Shown here in pieces: positions 20,828 through 32,330 of a stretch of 64,000 nucleotides of DNA. Each line of letters starts with the position of its first letter. Position 1 is the first letter of the stretch. The notes under the pieces are model-generated. The model was given only the letters and a program-made list of their open reading frames with translations. It was not told the origin of the DNA and searched no databases. The DNA is from an uncultured bacterium (GTDB lineage Bacteria; Actinomycetota; Thermoleophilia; Solirubrobacterales; 70-9), in the NCBI GenBank assembly GCA_963740125.1, contig CAVUCV010000001.1:410286-474285 (forward strand). Direction: 5' to 3'. The position numbers and the translations under genes are program-made.

Positions 20828-23445
20828 ATGTCGAAGCGCGCAGGAGTTGCGCTGGCAGCGGCCTGCGTCGCCTTCGGGGTCGCCGCGGCCCCCGCGGGCG
20901 CCCAGACGGGCACGACCACCGATCGCTATTCGATCGTCCACGGGTGCTTCGCCCTCGAGTCCGCGACGGGCGACCTGGTGGCCCAGACGGGCGACGGATA
21001 CTCCGCAACCGCGCCCTCGCTCGCCGAAGCCGAGGCTTTCCGCTTGCAGGCGACCGACCTCGGCGAATACCTCCTCTACGGCGAGGCGCAGGATTTCCTC
21101 GGGCTCGACGAGGGCCCGCTAGCGGCTGACGACGTCATCGTCGCCACGGCGCCGAGCGGCCGCACGACGTGGACCGTCGACGGCGCGCAGGGCCAGTTCA
21201 CGATCGTCAACGAGCCGGACGGGCTGGGCCTGGCCGTCGGGAACGGCGGCGAGGTCGTGTCGGTGCCGGCCGCTCAGGCGGAGACGTTCACCTTCGTCCC
21301 GGCCGAGGGCTGTGCCACCTACCCCGAGATCTCGCTCAACGCGACCGGAGAGCCGAACACAGGGCAAGCCCCGGCTACGGCGAGGTCGAGGGGACCGTCG
21401 ACGGCCACATGCACATGATGGCCTTCGAGTTCCTCGGCGGCCACGCACATTGCGGCGAGCCGTGGCACAAGTTCGGCGCGCCATACGCGCTCAAGGACTG
21501 CGAGGACCACGAGCCGAACGGATGTGCCGCGGTGCTCGAAACCGGCCTGGGCGGCGACCCGTGCCACGACACCGGCGGCTGGCCCGACTTCACGGGCTGG
21601 CCGCAGTCCGACTCGCTCACCCACGAGTCTTCGTACTACCGCTGGCTCGAGCGCGCGCACCTCGGCGGCCTGCGTGTCTTCGTGAACCTGATGGTCGAGA
21701 ACAGGGTCCTCTGCGAGATCTATCCGGACATGTCCGTCGTCCAGGGCGAGCCGAAGTCGAACTGCGACGAGATGGACACGGTGCGCCGCGAGATCGAGCG
21801 GATCGACCAGCTCGAGGACTACATCGACGCCCAGGAGGGCGGCCCGGGCAAGGGCTTGTTCCGGATCGTGGAGAGCCCCTTCCAGGCGCGCAAGGTCATC
21901 AACAGGGGCGATCTCGCGGTGATCAAGGGCATGGAGGTCTCCGAGCCATTCGACTGCGGCTATCAAGGGAATCTACGATCCTGTGCCCGGCAATCCGACG
22001 CCCGATCCGCGCTGCTCCGAGGAGCACATCGACGAGGTGCTCGACGAGCTCTGGGACCTGGGCGTCCGCCAGATGGAGATCACGAACAAGTTCGACAACC
22101 AGCTCACGGGCGTCGCCGGCGACGGCGGCTCACACCGGGATCATCGTGAACGGCGGCCAGTTCCTGACGAGCGGCAGCTTCTGGGACTTCGGCCCGTACC
22201 AGGGCGACTGCGACGAGCACAACCACGACCGGATCCCGGGCACGGTCGGCGCCCGACGTCGCAGGACGAGATCTTCGGCAACGGCCTCGAGCGCTCTGGC
22301 CCCATCTGCCGATCCGATCCTCCCCGTCTACACCGACCGAGCAGAAGTGCAACGAGAAGGGCCTCGAGGACGGCGACCAGCGGCGAGACCAACCTCGGCG
22401 CGCACGCGATCAACGGGATCATGGACCGCGGCTTCGTCTTCGACCCCGATCACATGAGCGTGATCGCCCGCGACGAGGCACTCGACATGCTCGAGGAGGC
22501 GCGACTACCCGGGGATCATCTCCTCGCACTCCTGGTCGACCGCAGAACACCCTTCCGCGGGTCTACGGCCTGGGCGGCGTGGTCACGCCCTACGCGGGCA
22601 GCGCAAGCGGCTTTGCCAGCGAGTGGGAGCAGATCAAGTCGGAGCAGGTCCGGGGCGAGCTCGGCGACCAGTACTTCGGAATGGGCTACGGAGCCGACGC
22701 GAACGGCTTCGGCTCCCAGGGCGGGCCACGCAACCCGGCGCCCGAGAATGCGACGTCGACTATCCCTTCACGGGCATCGACGGGGCGGTCACGTTCGATC
22801 AGCAGATGTCGGGCACCGAAGCCGAAGGGCGCACGTACGACATCAACACCGACGGCGTCGATCATTACGGCCTCTACCCCGACTGGCTCGAGGACCTCCG
22901 CAAGATCAAGGGCGACGAGATCGTCGAGGACATGAATCGCGGCGCCGAGGCCTACCTCCAGATGTGGGAGCGCACCTACGGCATCGGCGAGGTGGACTGC
23001 TCGCAATGGGGCGACGAGGACTTCAACCCGAAGGGCCTCGGCTCCGAGCTTCGCCTGAACCTGAAGCCGAAGCGCAACCTGCGCACGGCCGGCCAGCCGG
23101 TCGACCGCTACCGGGTCTGGCGCTGGTGCGCCGGCGACGGCGGGCCGCGAGTCGGAGCAGGCGGTCCTGGCCGCGTTCGGCAAGCGCGCCAAGATGGACT
23201 TCGCGATCTCCAACCTTCCCCAGCACAAGATCGAAGGCGTCGCGCCCGGCGACTCGAAGGGCGAGCTGAAGAAGAAGGCCACCAAGATCTCCGACGACGT
23301 CTGGATCAGCCGCACGGGCGGCAGGCGCGCCTACGTGTGGATCGTCGGCGGCGGCGAGGTCAGCCACACCGGCGCCGTCTCACAGACGGCGGCCAAGAAG
23401 CTGAATAAGCTTGCCAAGCGGCTTGTTCGAGTCGCTTCGAGCTAA
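20828..23445 (+). pseudogene. Large secreted metal-dependent amidohydrolase / membrane-dipeptidase-like protein; roughly nine frame changes
   Basis: Signal peptide MSKRAGVALAAACVAFGVAAAPAGA. Pieces VDGHMHMMAFEFLGGHAHCGEPWH, LGGLRVFVNLMVEN, VRQMEITNKFDN, FVFDPDHMS, YPGIISSHSW and YGLYPDWLEDL lie in successive frames. The family call is tentative. Confidence 0.5.
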
Positions 23446-23459
23446 AGGAGACGCAGGGA

Positions 23460-23913
23460 ATGAGGAAGCTGATCGCCATCGCGGCGGTTTCAGCCGTGGC
23501 GCTCGCGGCGCCCGGCTCGGCCGGAGCGGGGCAGGAAAAGAGAAGTACCTCGGCGGCTTCGAGCCGAGCGGCGACATGTCCTTCGTCCTCAAGAAGGCGA
23601 ACAACGGCAAGAAGATCTTCAACTTCAAGTGGGTGGGCTTCCCGCTCGACTGCCGGGGAACGCCGGAGACCTCGAGCAGCAAGCTCTCTGTTCGCGCGTC
23701 GAGGTCGAGAACAAGAAGTTCGAGACCCGGCGCGGTCGACGACGAGAACGATCCCGGAGCGCTCTCAAGCTGAAGGGCGAGCTGAAGGGGAAGACCCTCG
23801 CGGAGGGGACGATGAGCATCGAGGGCAAGAACGTGCCCGTGGACGGCGGCGGGCGGAAGAAGTGCGACAGCGGCATCCTGGACTGGACCGCGTCGACGCT
23901 CGCCGGGCGCTAG
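23460..23913 (+). pseudogene. Small secreted hypothetical protein; about two frame changes
   Basis: Signal peptide MRKLIAIAAVSAVALAAPGSAGA, then KYLGGFEPSGDMSFVLKKANNGKKIFNFKWVGFPLDC, then LKGELKGKTLAEGTMSIEGKNVPVDGGG..CDSGILDW in other frames. Confidence 0.4.
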
Positions 23914-23922
23914 CCCGGATCC

Positions 23923-25274
23923 TTAGATCAGCATCTCGGACGCCGCGCACCTTCGGCGACTCCGAGGTGATGCGCTGCGAGAGCATCAGGAAGCGCGGAA
24001 GCTCGGGGTAGAGGATCGGCTTGCCGTTGGTGAGCACCGCGGCCGAGATCGCGCGCTCGGGGTCGGCCCAGCCAAGGATGTTGGTGAAGCCGAGATGCCC
24101 GAACGCGTGCTGCGTGTCGCGCCCGTAGAGGCTGAGGAACTGAGCGCCGAGCATGAGCCCGTAGGAGAAGCGGGTCGGGAAGCCCAGCGAGAAATCGATC
24201 TCGAGGTGCGACTGCTCCTCGAGCGCCTTGCGGATCGTGTCCGTCTCCATCACTCGGACGCCGTCGAGCTCGCCGCCGCAGCGCATGACCTCGAAGAAGC
24301 GCGAAAGCTCGTGGGCCGTCGTGACGAGGTTCGCGGCGGGCACGACGCCGGTCACGAAGCGGTCGTCGTTCGTGGTCTCGACCAGCTCGTCGAGCGGTGC
24401 GCCCAGCGCCCGCTGCAAGAGCGTCGACAGGGGCGGAAGCGTCGTCGGCCCGGTCAGGTAGTTCAGCGCGACCTCTGTCCGTGTCCTCGGGCGCGACGCC
24501 GTAGTTGGTCCAGCGGAAGCCGAGCGGGTCCAGGATCTCCTCGGCCAGGACGTCGCGGATGGACTTGCCGGTCACCTGGTAGATCAGCTCGCCGATGATG
24601 AACCCGCCCGAGACGGCGTGGTAGGCGAGGAGCTTGCCCGGCTCGGCCATCGGCTTCGCGTCGCAGAGGATCTTGGCCAGGTACTCGCGATCGTCGATGT
24701 AGTCGAGGCTGAGCGCCTCGCGCGGGAGGTTGGGCACTCCGGCGCGGTGGGAGAGCACGTGGCCGATCGTGATCGAGCCCTTCTTGTTCTTGTCGTAGCC
24801 CGGGATGTACGCCGCGACCGGGTCGTCCAGGGCGAACAGCCCCTTCTCGACCATCTTGTGGGCGACGAACGCGGTCACGCCCTTGGCCGCCGAGTAGACG
24901 GTCATCGGCGTGTCGGGGGTCGCGGCGACCTTCGGCGTCTCCTTGGAGTCGTCGGGGCCGTTGCCCCGAGCGTGGCCGATCGCGCGGTCGAGGACGATCT
25001 CGCCCTCTCGCCGCACGCAAACCTGGACCGCGGGGTGGACGCCCGAGCGGTACATGGCCACGGCCGCCTTCCAGATCTTCTCGACGCCCTCGCTGCCGAT
25101 CGAGCCGCCGTCAGGAGCCTCGTCGCCCGACGGTCGTGACCGAGTCGAGGTCGCGCGGGATCCTCACGCGGTTGAGGAGGTCCGGCACGAAGGGGAGGCG
25201 AGGCACGGCCGGCACGGCCGGGAATCTATCCGCCCCCGCTGTCCCGGCGCCGGGAGAACTGCGACCTGAGGCAT
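23923..25274 (-). pseudogene. Serine hydrolase, beta-lactamase (class C / EstB esterase) family; about three frame changes, ends approximate
   Basis: SxxK nucleophile motif YSAAKGV, IGHVLSHRAGVP and LAYHAVSGGFIIGELI. The C-terminal part FGHLGFTNILGWADPERAISAAVLTNG is in another frame. Confidence 0.75.
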
Positions 25275-25316
25275 TCCGTCCGATTACCGTTCGGGCATGA
25301 CCAGGAGCAGGCAACC

Positions 25317-26170
25317 TTGCGCCGACTTGCCGCGACCCTGACCGCCGGGGCGATTCTCGCCCTCGCGGCTGCTCCCGCCGCGGGCGCGGCCGAGGATCCG
25401 CCGCCCGCCGGGCGCGAACGACTTCGGATGCGAGCCGAGCGCGGCGCACCCGCGGCCGGTCGTGCTCGTCCATGGCCTGGGCGCGACCATGAGCGCGAAC
25501 TGGAGCTACAACTCGCCCCGCCTCGCCGATGCCGGCTACTGCGTCTTCGCCCTCACCTACGGGCAGCGGGAGGAGCAGGACAACCCGCTCTACCAGCCCG
25601 GCGGCGTCGAGCGGATGCAGAAGAGCTCGAAGGAGCTGAAGGCGTTCGTCGCCGACGTGCTCGAGGCGACCGGCGCTCGCAAGGTCGACATCGTGGGCCA
25701 CTCGGAGGGAACCGTGATGCCTCGCTACTACATGGAGCGCCGCGGCGGCGCGAAGTTCGTGAAGCGCTTCGTCGCGCTGACGCCGCTCTGGCGCGGGACC
25801 AACCCCGCCGCGCTGGCGGACCTCCGCGACGTCGCTTCCGGGTTCGGCCTCGCCGGCCCGATCATCGACGGCGTCTCGGGCTTCTGCGCCTCGTGCCCCC
25901 AGTTCCTGCGCGGCTCCGACTACATGAAGGACCTGAACGCCGACGGCGAGGCGATCCCCGGGATCGTCCACACCAACATCGCCACGAAGTACGACGAGCT
26001 GGTCCAGCCCTACACCAGCGGGCTGATGAGCGACGGCGGAACCAACATCGTGCTCCAGGACGTCTGCCCGCTGAACTTCTCAGAGCACCTGCTGGTCGCC
26101 TTCGATCCCGTGGTGACGCAGATGATCATGAACGCTCTGGATCCCAGGAACGCGACCGGTCACCTGCTGA
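25317..26170 (+). pseudogene. Secreted lipase (Lipase_2 / Streptomyces-type triacylglycerol lipase family); frame changes near 25410 and 26150
   Basis: AGGAG lies 9 nt before the TTG at 25317. Signal peptide, then PVVLVHGLGAT and the nucleophile elbow VGHSEG. Confidence 0.75.
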
Positions 26171-26295
26171 CGATTCGCCGAGTGGGCGCGCTGCGTAGCG
26201 ACATGCGCCTCGCCGCTCGCACGGGCATCCATGCCCTGGCTGATACGCTGGAGCCAGCCGCCGCGGCCGGTGGTACGCTGCCGCCGAGCGTCGGG

Positions 26296-27208
26296 CTACG
26301 CGGCCAGCTGAGCGGCCGGGGTCGCGGCTCGCGCGGCGTTTTCGGCGATGGCGTCGAGGATCTGCGGCCAGGCGCCTCGGGGCAGGTCGTGGCCCATGCC
26401 CTTGACCATCATCAGCCGCGCGCCCGGGATCGCCCGCCTCGTGGCCCTGCCGCCCGACGGGCGGACGAGCCGGTCCTCGGTGCCGTGGATGACCAGCGTC
26501 GGCGCGGTGATCGAGCGGAGCATCGCGTCGCGCTTGCCCGTCTTGAGCACGGCGCCGAGCTGGCGGCCGACGGCCCGGCGTCGTGGTCGCGGTCGAAGCT
26601 GCGGGCCGGTGACGTCGCGGATGTACTCCTCGTCGTAGAGGTCGCCGCGCGAGCCGACGATGCTGAACAGCTTCAGCACGTGCTCGATGAACGCCTCGCG
26701 CTCGCTCGGCGCCTCGGCCAGGAACAGGCGGTAGGCGCTCAGGGCGGGCTGGCCGGTCCAGCGGGAGCCGGTATTCGACATGATCGAGACGAGCGAGCGG
26801 ACCTTGTCCGGGTGCCGCGCGGCCAGGACCTGCCCGATCATGCCGCCCATCGACGCGCCGACACATGGGCGGGGCCGAGGCCGAGCTTCTCGGTCAGGCG
26901 GACGCGTGTCGTCCGCCATGTCCTCGAGCGAGTAGGCAGCCCTCGGGAAGCCGGCGCGTGAACATCTGCGTGAGCGTCGGCGGCGGGCCCTGCAGGTGTG
27001 TCGAGAGGCCGACGTCCCGGTTGTCGAAGCGCACGACGTGAAAGCCGCGTGCCGCAAGCTGCTCGCAGAAGTCCTCGCGCCACGCGATCATCTGCGTGCC
27101 GAGGCCCATCACGAGGATGGCGGGCGGATCCGCGGGGTCTCCGAAGCTCTCGTGGCAGAGGGTGATCCCCTCGCCGACGTCGGTGAGCTCTTCGCCCGGC
27201 ATTCCCAC
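26296..27208 (-). pseudogene. Alpha/beta hydrolase fold protein; about three frame changes
   Basis: PPAILVMGLGTQMIAW, nucleophile motif GASMGG and TLVIHGTEDRLV...KGMGHDLP, which contains the catalytic His. Confidence 0.75.
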
Positions 27209-27239
27209 GAGTGTCGCAGGCCGGCCCGCCGAATACGGC

Positions 27240-28088
27240 CTACTGGCCGCTGATCATGCGTGCGATCAAGCGGTCGAGCGCGCGATCCGGCAGGACCGCC
27301 TTCATGGCCAGCTGAGCTCTCGCGTCGCGGCCGACCACGTAGCGGGTCTTCGGGCGGTCGGCTGTCAGTCGCATGGGTGACGGCCTTCGCCACGTCTTCA
27401 GGCGGGACGCCCGCGGCGCCGGTCTTCTCGGCCAGGCGCTCGAACGCATCGAGGCGCTCGCCGTAGAGGCGATTGACCTCCTCGCCGAGCTCGGCCCGCA
27501 TCGCGCCCGCGCCCTCGAGGCCCTTCTCCCAGATCGGGGTCGCGACCGAGCCAGGCTCCACGATCGCCACGTTCACGCCGAAGGGCTCCATCTCCTGGCG
27601 CAGGGCGTCGCCGATCGCCTCGATCGCGTGCTTCGAGGCGCCGTACGGGCCCAGGAGGCCGAGCGCGTTCCTTCCGCCACGGAAGACATGAACGCCACCC
27701 GGCCCTTTGCGCTGCGGAGCGCGGGGAGGAGGGCCTTCGTCACCGCGACCTGCCCGATCACGTTGACCTCGAACTGGCGCCGCCACTCGTCGAGCGGGAC
27801 GCCCTCCAGCGGGCCAGCCACCGAGATCCCGGCGTTGTTGACCAGCGCGGCGAGGTGGCCACCGTGCTCGGCGTCGACCTTGGCGCGGAGCGCCTCGATC
27901 GTGGCGGCGTCGGTCACATCCACGTTCACGGGCTCGAGGCCCGGCGCCGCGGCTCGCAGCGACTCCCCATCGGCGTCCTTGCGCACCCCGGCCAGCACGT
28001 GGAAGCCCGCGCGGTCGAGCGCGACGGCGCAGGCGCGACCGATGCCGGTCGAGCTGCCCGTGACCACGGCCGTGCCGCGGCCCGCCAT
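27240..28088 (-). pseudogene. Short-chain dehydrogenase/reductase; two frame changes (about 27400, 27680)
   Basis: The ATG at 28088 overlaps the BVMO stop (ATGA). VVTGSSTGIG, NNAG and YGASKHA (YxxxK). Confidence 0.8.
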
Positions 28089-29569
28089 CAGACGGCCGCC
28101 CGGTAGTCGCCCGGGTTGATCTGTCGCGTGCGGCGCCGGTACTCGAGCCAGGGGCCGACCCAGTTGTTCGTGTTGCGGCCCTCGGCGTTCGTGTACCAGG
28201 AAGTGCAGCCGCCCGTGGTCCAGACGGTGTCGACGGAGCGCTGGTCGATCTCCTCCCGCCAGCGCTCCTGGACCTCCGGCTTGAGGTCTATCCAGCGAAT
28301 GCCCCGGGATCGCATCCGCCTGACCGCGTCGATCACGTAGTTGAACTGGCACTCGAGCGTGTACGGGACCGAGCCCGACCCGTGGTTGGTGTTCGGCCCA
28401 TAGAGCAGGAACATGTTCGGAAAGCCCGCGACGGTGGTGCCGAGGAAGGCTTCGGGCGAGTCCCCCCAGACTCTCGTCCAGGGAGCGCCCGTTCAGCCCA
28501 TGGACGTCCATGGGCGAGACGAATCGCGAGGCGTCGAATCCGGTGCCCCAGATGATCGTGTCGGCGGCCCGTTCCTTGCCGTCAGCGCCGACGACGCCGT
28601 CGGGGGTCGCCCGCTGGACCGCGCCGTTCAGGAGCTCGACGTTCTCCCTGCGGAGCGTCGAATACCAGTCGCTGGTGAAGAGGACGCGCTTGCAGCCGAT
28701 CTCGTAGTCGGGCGTTGCGCGGGCAAGGAGCTCAGGGTGGTCGCCGAGCTCGCTGGCGCGATACGCGTTCGCGACCTTGCGGAACGGGCCGAGCACCCAG
28801 CGGGTGCCGGTGAAGCCGTAGGTGCCCGCCTCGAAGAACGCGAAGAATCCGGCTCGCGCCGCGGCGACCCTGGCGGGAAAGCGCTCGAAGATGCGCCGCT
28901 CCCAAGCGGGGTAGGCGCGGTCGGTCTTCGGCAGGACCCAGGGCGCCGATCGCTGGTAGATGGTCAGCTCGGCGGCCTCCTTGGCGACCTCGGGCACGAA
29001 CTGGATCGCCGAGGCGCCGGTTCCGATCACCGCGACCTTGCGGCCGGCGAGGTCGCGGGAGTGATCCCATTCCGCCGAGTGGAAGACGGCGCCCCGGAAG
29101 TCCTCGATTCCCTCGACCGCCGGCACCTGCGGGCGGGTCAGCTGTCCGCACGCGGTCACCAGCACGTCGAACTCCCGCGTCTCGCCGCCATCGAGTGTGA
29201 CCGTCCATTTCGCCGAGGCCTCGTCGAAAGCGGCCGCGGTCACCTCCGTCCCGAGCCGCAGATGCGAGCGCATCCCGAACCGATCGGTGATCTCCTCCAT
29301 GTAGTCGAGGATCTCGGGCTGGGGCGCGTAGCGCCGCGACCAGTTGTGGCCGGGGGCAAACGAGAACGAATAGAGGTGCGAGGGAACGTCGCAGGCCGCG
29401 CCCGGGTAGGTGTTGGCGCGCCAGACGCCGCCAACCGTCTCGCCCCGCTCGAAGATCTCGAAGTCTTCGATGCCCTCCTGCCGGAGCCGGATCCCCATGC
29501 CGACGCCCCCGAACCCGGCGCCGACGATGCCGACTGAAACTCGGCGCTTCGATCCATTTGAGGGCGCCA
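28088..29569 (-). pseudogene. Baeyer-Villiger / flavin-containing monooxygenase; one frame change near 28450
   Basis: FAD motif GAGFGG, BVMO fingerprint FRGAVFHSAEW and NADP motif GTGASA. The C-terminus MFLLYGPNTNHG... is in the next frame. Confidence 0.85.
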
Positions 29570-29602
29570 TCACGAGTGAGGCTATCGGCGCTAGGGTGGC
29601 GG

Positions 29603-30033
29603 CGTGTCCTCGGGCCTCGATCACATCCGGGCCATCATCAGCGGCGAGATCCCGCAAGCGCCGATGGCCGTCACGATGGGCTTCGAGCTGAAAAGCGTGG
29701 AGCTCGGCGAGTCGAGGTTCGAGGGAGAGCCTGCGTGAGCAGCACCTCAATCCGCTGGGGACCGTCCACGGCGGGCTTGCGCTGACCATGCTGGACTCTG
29801 CCGCCGGGTGCGCCGTCCACTCGACGCTCGCAGACGGCGAGCATGTACGCAACCCTCGAGACGAAGGTCAACATGCTCCGGCCGATCCTCCGGGCTCGGG
29901 CGTGGTCGTCGCCGAGGGCAAGGTCATCCACCGGGGATCGCGAACCGCCATGGCGGAGGCGACCCTGACGTCGGCCGAGACGGGCAAGCGCCTCGCCCAT
30001 GCGACGTCGACCTGCCTGATCATGAGCGGCTAG
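29603..30033 (+). pseudogene. PaaI-family hotdog thioesterase; about three frame changes
   Basis: MGFELKSVELGESRFEG, NPLGTVHGGLALTMLDSAAGCAV, ATLETKVNMLRP and AEGKVIHRGSRTAMAEATL. Confidence 0.65.
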
Positions 30034-30083
30034 CTCCCAAGGGGTTTATAGTCGGTCGAAAGGCCGACTCACGAGGGGGAACG

Positions 30084-30794
30084 ATGAAGTTGTTGTTGCG
30101 AGTCTCGATCGCGGTGGCGGTCGCGGGCCTGACAATCGGGGCGGTGGCACTGGCCGGAGTCGTGAACCCGAAGGACTGCACGACTCAGACCAAGGCGCAG
30201 TGCAACGGCACGGACGGCAACGACGACTTCGAAGGCGAGGACGTCGACGACGGCAACCAGGGCGCCAAGGACTTCATCGACGGCGGCGAGGGCAGGGACG
30301 GCGGCAACGGCAACGGGGGCGCAGACCGGATGCTCGGCGGTCCGGGCGTCGACGGCGCGATCGACGATTTCGAGGGCGACGACGGGAATGACTACGTCTC
30401 TGGCGGCCCTGGAGACGATGACGAGATCGAGGGCGGCGGAGGAAACGACACGGTGCTCGGCGGCCCCGGCGACGACTTCGAGGTTTTCGGCAGCTCCGGT
30501 GACGACATCGTGAAGGCCGGGGACGGGGACGACGGCGACGGCGGTATGGGCTTGCTTTCAGGCGCCACGGGCGAGAACGTCGTCCGCGGCGGTGATGGCC
30601 AGGACTACATCTACGCGGATTCGAGTCTGGCCGGCGAGAAGGAGAAGATCTTCGGCGGCGACGACAAGGACGAGATCAAGGCCGACGACGGCATCAAGGA
30701 CGTAATCGACTGCGGAGAAGGGAACGACTCGGTGACCTTCGACGCCGGCACCGACAAGCTCAAGAACTGCGAGGACAAGGACCCGGTCAACTGA
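30084..30794 (+). CDS. Secreted calcium-binding repeat protein (hemolysin-type GGxGxD repeats), intact
   Basis: GAGGGGGA RBS, a signal/anchor peptide, then repeated GGxGxD units (GGEGRDGGNGNGGADRMLGGPGVDG, GGPGDDDEIEGGGGNDTVLGGPGDD). Confidence 0.75.
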   Translation: MKLLLRVSIAVAVAGLTIGAVALAGVVNPKDCTTQTKAQCNGTDGNDDFEGEDVDDGNQGAKDFIDGGEGRDGGNGNGGADRMLGGPGVDGAIDDFEGDDGNDYVSGGPGDDDEIEGGGGNDTVLGGPGDDFEVFGSSGDDIVKAGDGDDGDGGMGLLSGATGENVVRGGDGQDYIYADSSLAGEKEKIFGGDDKDEIKADDGIKDVIDCGEGNDSVTFDAGTDKLKNCEDKDPVN

Positions 30795-30807
30795 CGGTCC
30801 GCCGCGC

Positions 30808-31539
30808 CTAACCCAAGGCCGTCAGCTTCTTCTCCGCTCGCTCGACCCGTCCCTCCGCGGCGTCCCGTGCCCGCTCGGCCTTTGCGAGCTCGCCCTCCGC
30901 GCGGGCAACTGCTCGCGCGGCTTCCCTCGCCTCGTCCTTCGCGTCCTTCAGGGCGTCCTTGGCCGCGGCCAGGCGCTTCCGCTTTGCTTCCTTCGCGGCA
31001 GAGTCAGCCCTCGGACTTCGCCTTGGCCTTGGCTCGCTTCCGCGCCTGCCTGGGGAGGCGACGCAAGGTTCTCCAGCCCGACCGATGCGGCACGCTCCTC
31101 GCGCTCGACGCGGCCGGCGAGAACCTGGGCGGCCAGCTCGCCGTCGACCTGAGCGGCCTGGAGGGTCTCCCGCACGCGGTCGAGCGTCGAAGCCGAAGCG
31201 CCGTCGCCCAGCTTGCCCGCATTGGCCACCAGCTCCTCGAGGAGCTCTCCCTCCTCGCGCGCGAGCTCGCGCATCCGCTTGGCATCCACCTTGCCCGACG
31301 TCGCCTTCCGGAGCTTCTCGGCCAGGCCCGAGGTAGCGCTTCACGGGCTTCGGATTGTCAAGCGCGAGCGCGTTGACGACGGCCGCGGCCTTCGACGGCT
31401 TGCGCAGGGCCTTCACGAGCTCCGCCTCCTCGGAGCCTTCCGCGCGAAGGTCCTTCGCGAGCGCGTCGCGCCCCTTGATGAAGTCTGCGGGAGGCCCCGC
31501 GTAGATCCGGTCGAGAGCCTTCTCGGTCTTCCTTCTCAA
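30808..31539 (-). pseudogene. Hypothetical protein with a charged coiled-coil tail; about three frame changes; start overlaps the tetR stop
   Basis: The TTG at 31539 overlaps the tetR TGA (TTGA). KALDRIYAGPPADFIKGRDALAKDLR..., MRELAREEGELLEELVANAG..., and C-terminus AKEAKRKRLAAAKDALKDAKDEAREAARAVARAEGELAKAERA. Confidence 0.45.
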
Positions 31540-32195
31540 CCCGGGCGCACCGTCGCGAGGGCGCTCTCGACGCACGCCTGCACCACCTGCTCGGCCTCGA
31601 CCCGGAACAGCTCGGGCATCCCGTTCTCGGCGCGCTTCATGCCGACCCCGATGCGGGCGAGGTGCATCGCGCCGAGCATCTGGGTCCAGAGCATGTTCGC
31701 GGTGAAGTCCGGATCGTCGACCGCGAAGACACCCGCTTCGTTGCCTGCTCGCAGGATGCGCGCGACGTGGTCGATGCAATCGATCATGGCGCGGCCGAGC
31801 CGGAGCCAGATCACCTCGGAGACGATCTCGTTCAACTCCCCGGCCGGTCGTCGCATGATCGCCAGCGCCGAGTCGAGGAAGGCGGGGTAGCGCTCGCAGA
31901 AGCCGGCGTACGCATAGGCCATGTGCTCGAGGCGGTCGACCGGATCCTCGCCCGAGGACGCCTCGGCGGCGTCGAGCTCGCCGACCAGCTCGTTCAGGTA
32001 GTCGGCGACCGTGGCGACGTAGAGCTCTTCCTTCGAGGAGAATTGCCGGTAGATGAGGCCGCGAGCGATTCCGACCGACTTCGCGATCTCCTCGATCGGA
32101 GCGTCCTGCATGCCCCTCTCGTCGAACAGTGCACGCGTTGCCGCGATCAGCTCGCGTTCGCGATTTTGCCGCTGCGCCCTCTGGGTAGTGGCCAC
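31536..32195 (-). CDS. TetR family transcriptional regulator, intact
   Basis: 219 codons. HTH region IEEIAKSVGIARGLIYRQFSSKEELY. Confidence 0.9.
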   Translation of the reverse strand: MATTQRAQRQNRERELIAATRALFDERGMQDAPIEEIAKSVGIARGLIYRQFSSKEELYVATVADYLNELVGELDAAEASSGEDPVDRLEHMAYAYAGFCERYPAFLDSALAIMRRPAGELNEIVSEVIWLRLGRAMIDCIDHVARILRAGNEAGVFAVDDPDFTANMLWTQMLGAMHLARIGVGMKRAENGMPELFRVEAEQVVQACVESALATVRPG

Positions 32196-32227
32196 GACGT
32201 CTAACGATACGGCAATTCAGTGTGATA

Positions 32228-32256
32228 TGAGAACACTTGGTTGACACACGTTCTCA
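32228..32256. promoter_or_regulatory. Candidate TetR operator in the tetR/reductase divergent region: TGAGAAC-N15-GTTCTCA, enclosing a TTGACA hexamer
   Basis: Perfect 7-bp inverted repeat at 32228-32234 and 32250-32256. TTGACA at 32241-32246. A TAGGTT -10-like element at 32268-32273 sits at non-ideal 21-bp spacing. Confidence 0.35.
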
Positions 32257-32330
32257 GCAATGGCGCGTAGGTTCATAGATCTCGATGAGCGACGTAAGGC
32301 GCGAAACAAGCATGTGCCGGTTGGTATCCC

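Noticed and set aside
27573-29852. 759-aa ORF suggesting a BVMO-SDR fusion protein
   Set aside because: The genuine BVMO C-terminus (MFLLYGPNTNHG...) is in the 28088-28414 frame. It ends on an ATGA that starts the SDR. The apparent fusion is produced by the frame change near 28450.
30084-30794. RTX toxin or type I secretion substrate
   Set aside because: The protein has only 236 residues and an N-terminal signal/anchor. It has no C-terminal T1SS signal context, and there are no HlyB, HlyD or TolC genes nearby. It is better described as a small calcium-binding repeat protein.
32228-32256. KstR-type sterol-regulon operator (TnnAACnnGTTnnA), given the GAAC/GTTC half-sites
   Set aside because: The half-sites are separated by 15 bp rather than 2 bp. 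It is retained only as a generic TetR operator candidate.
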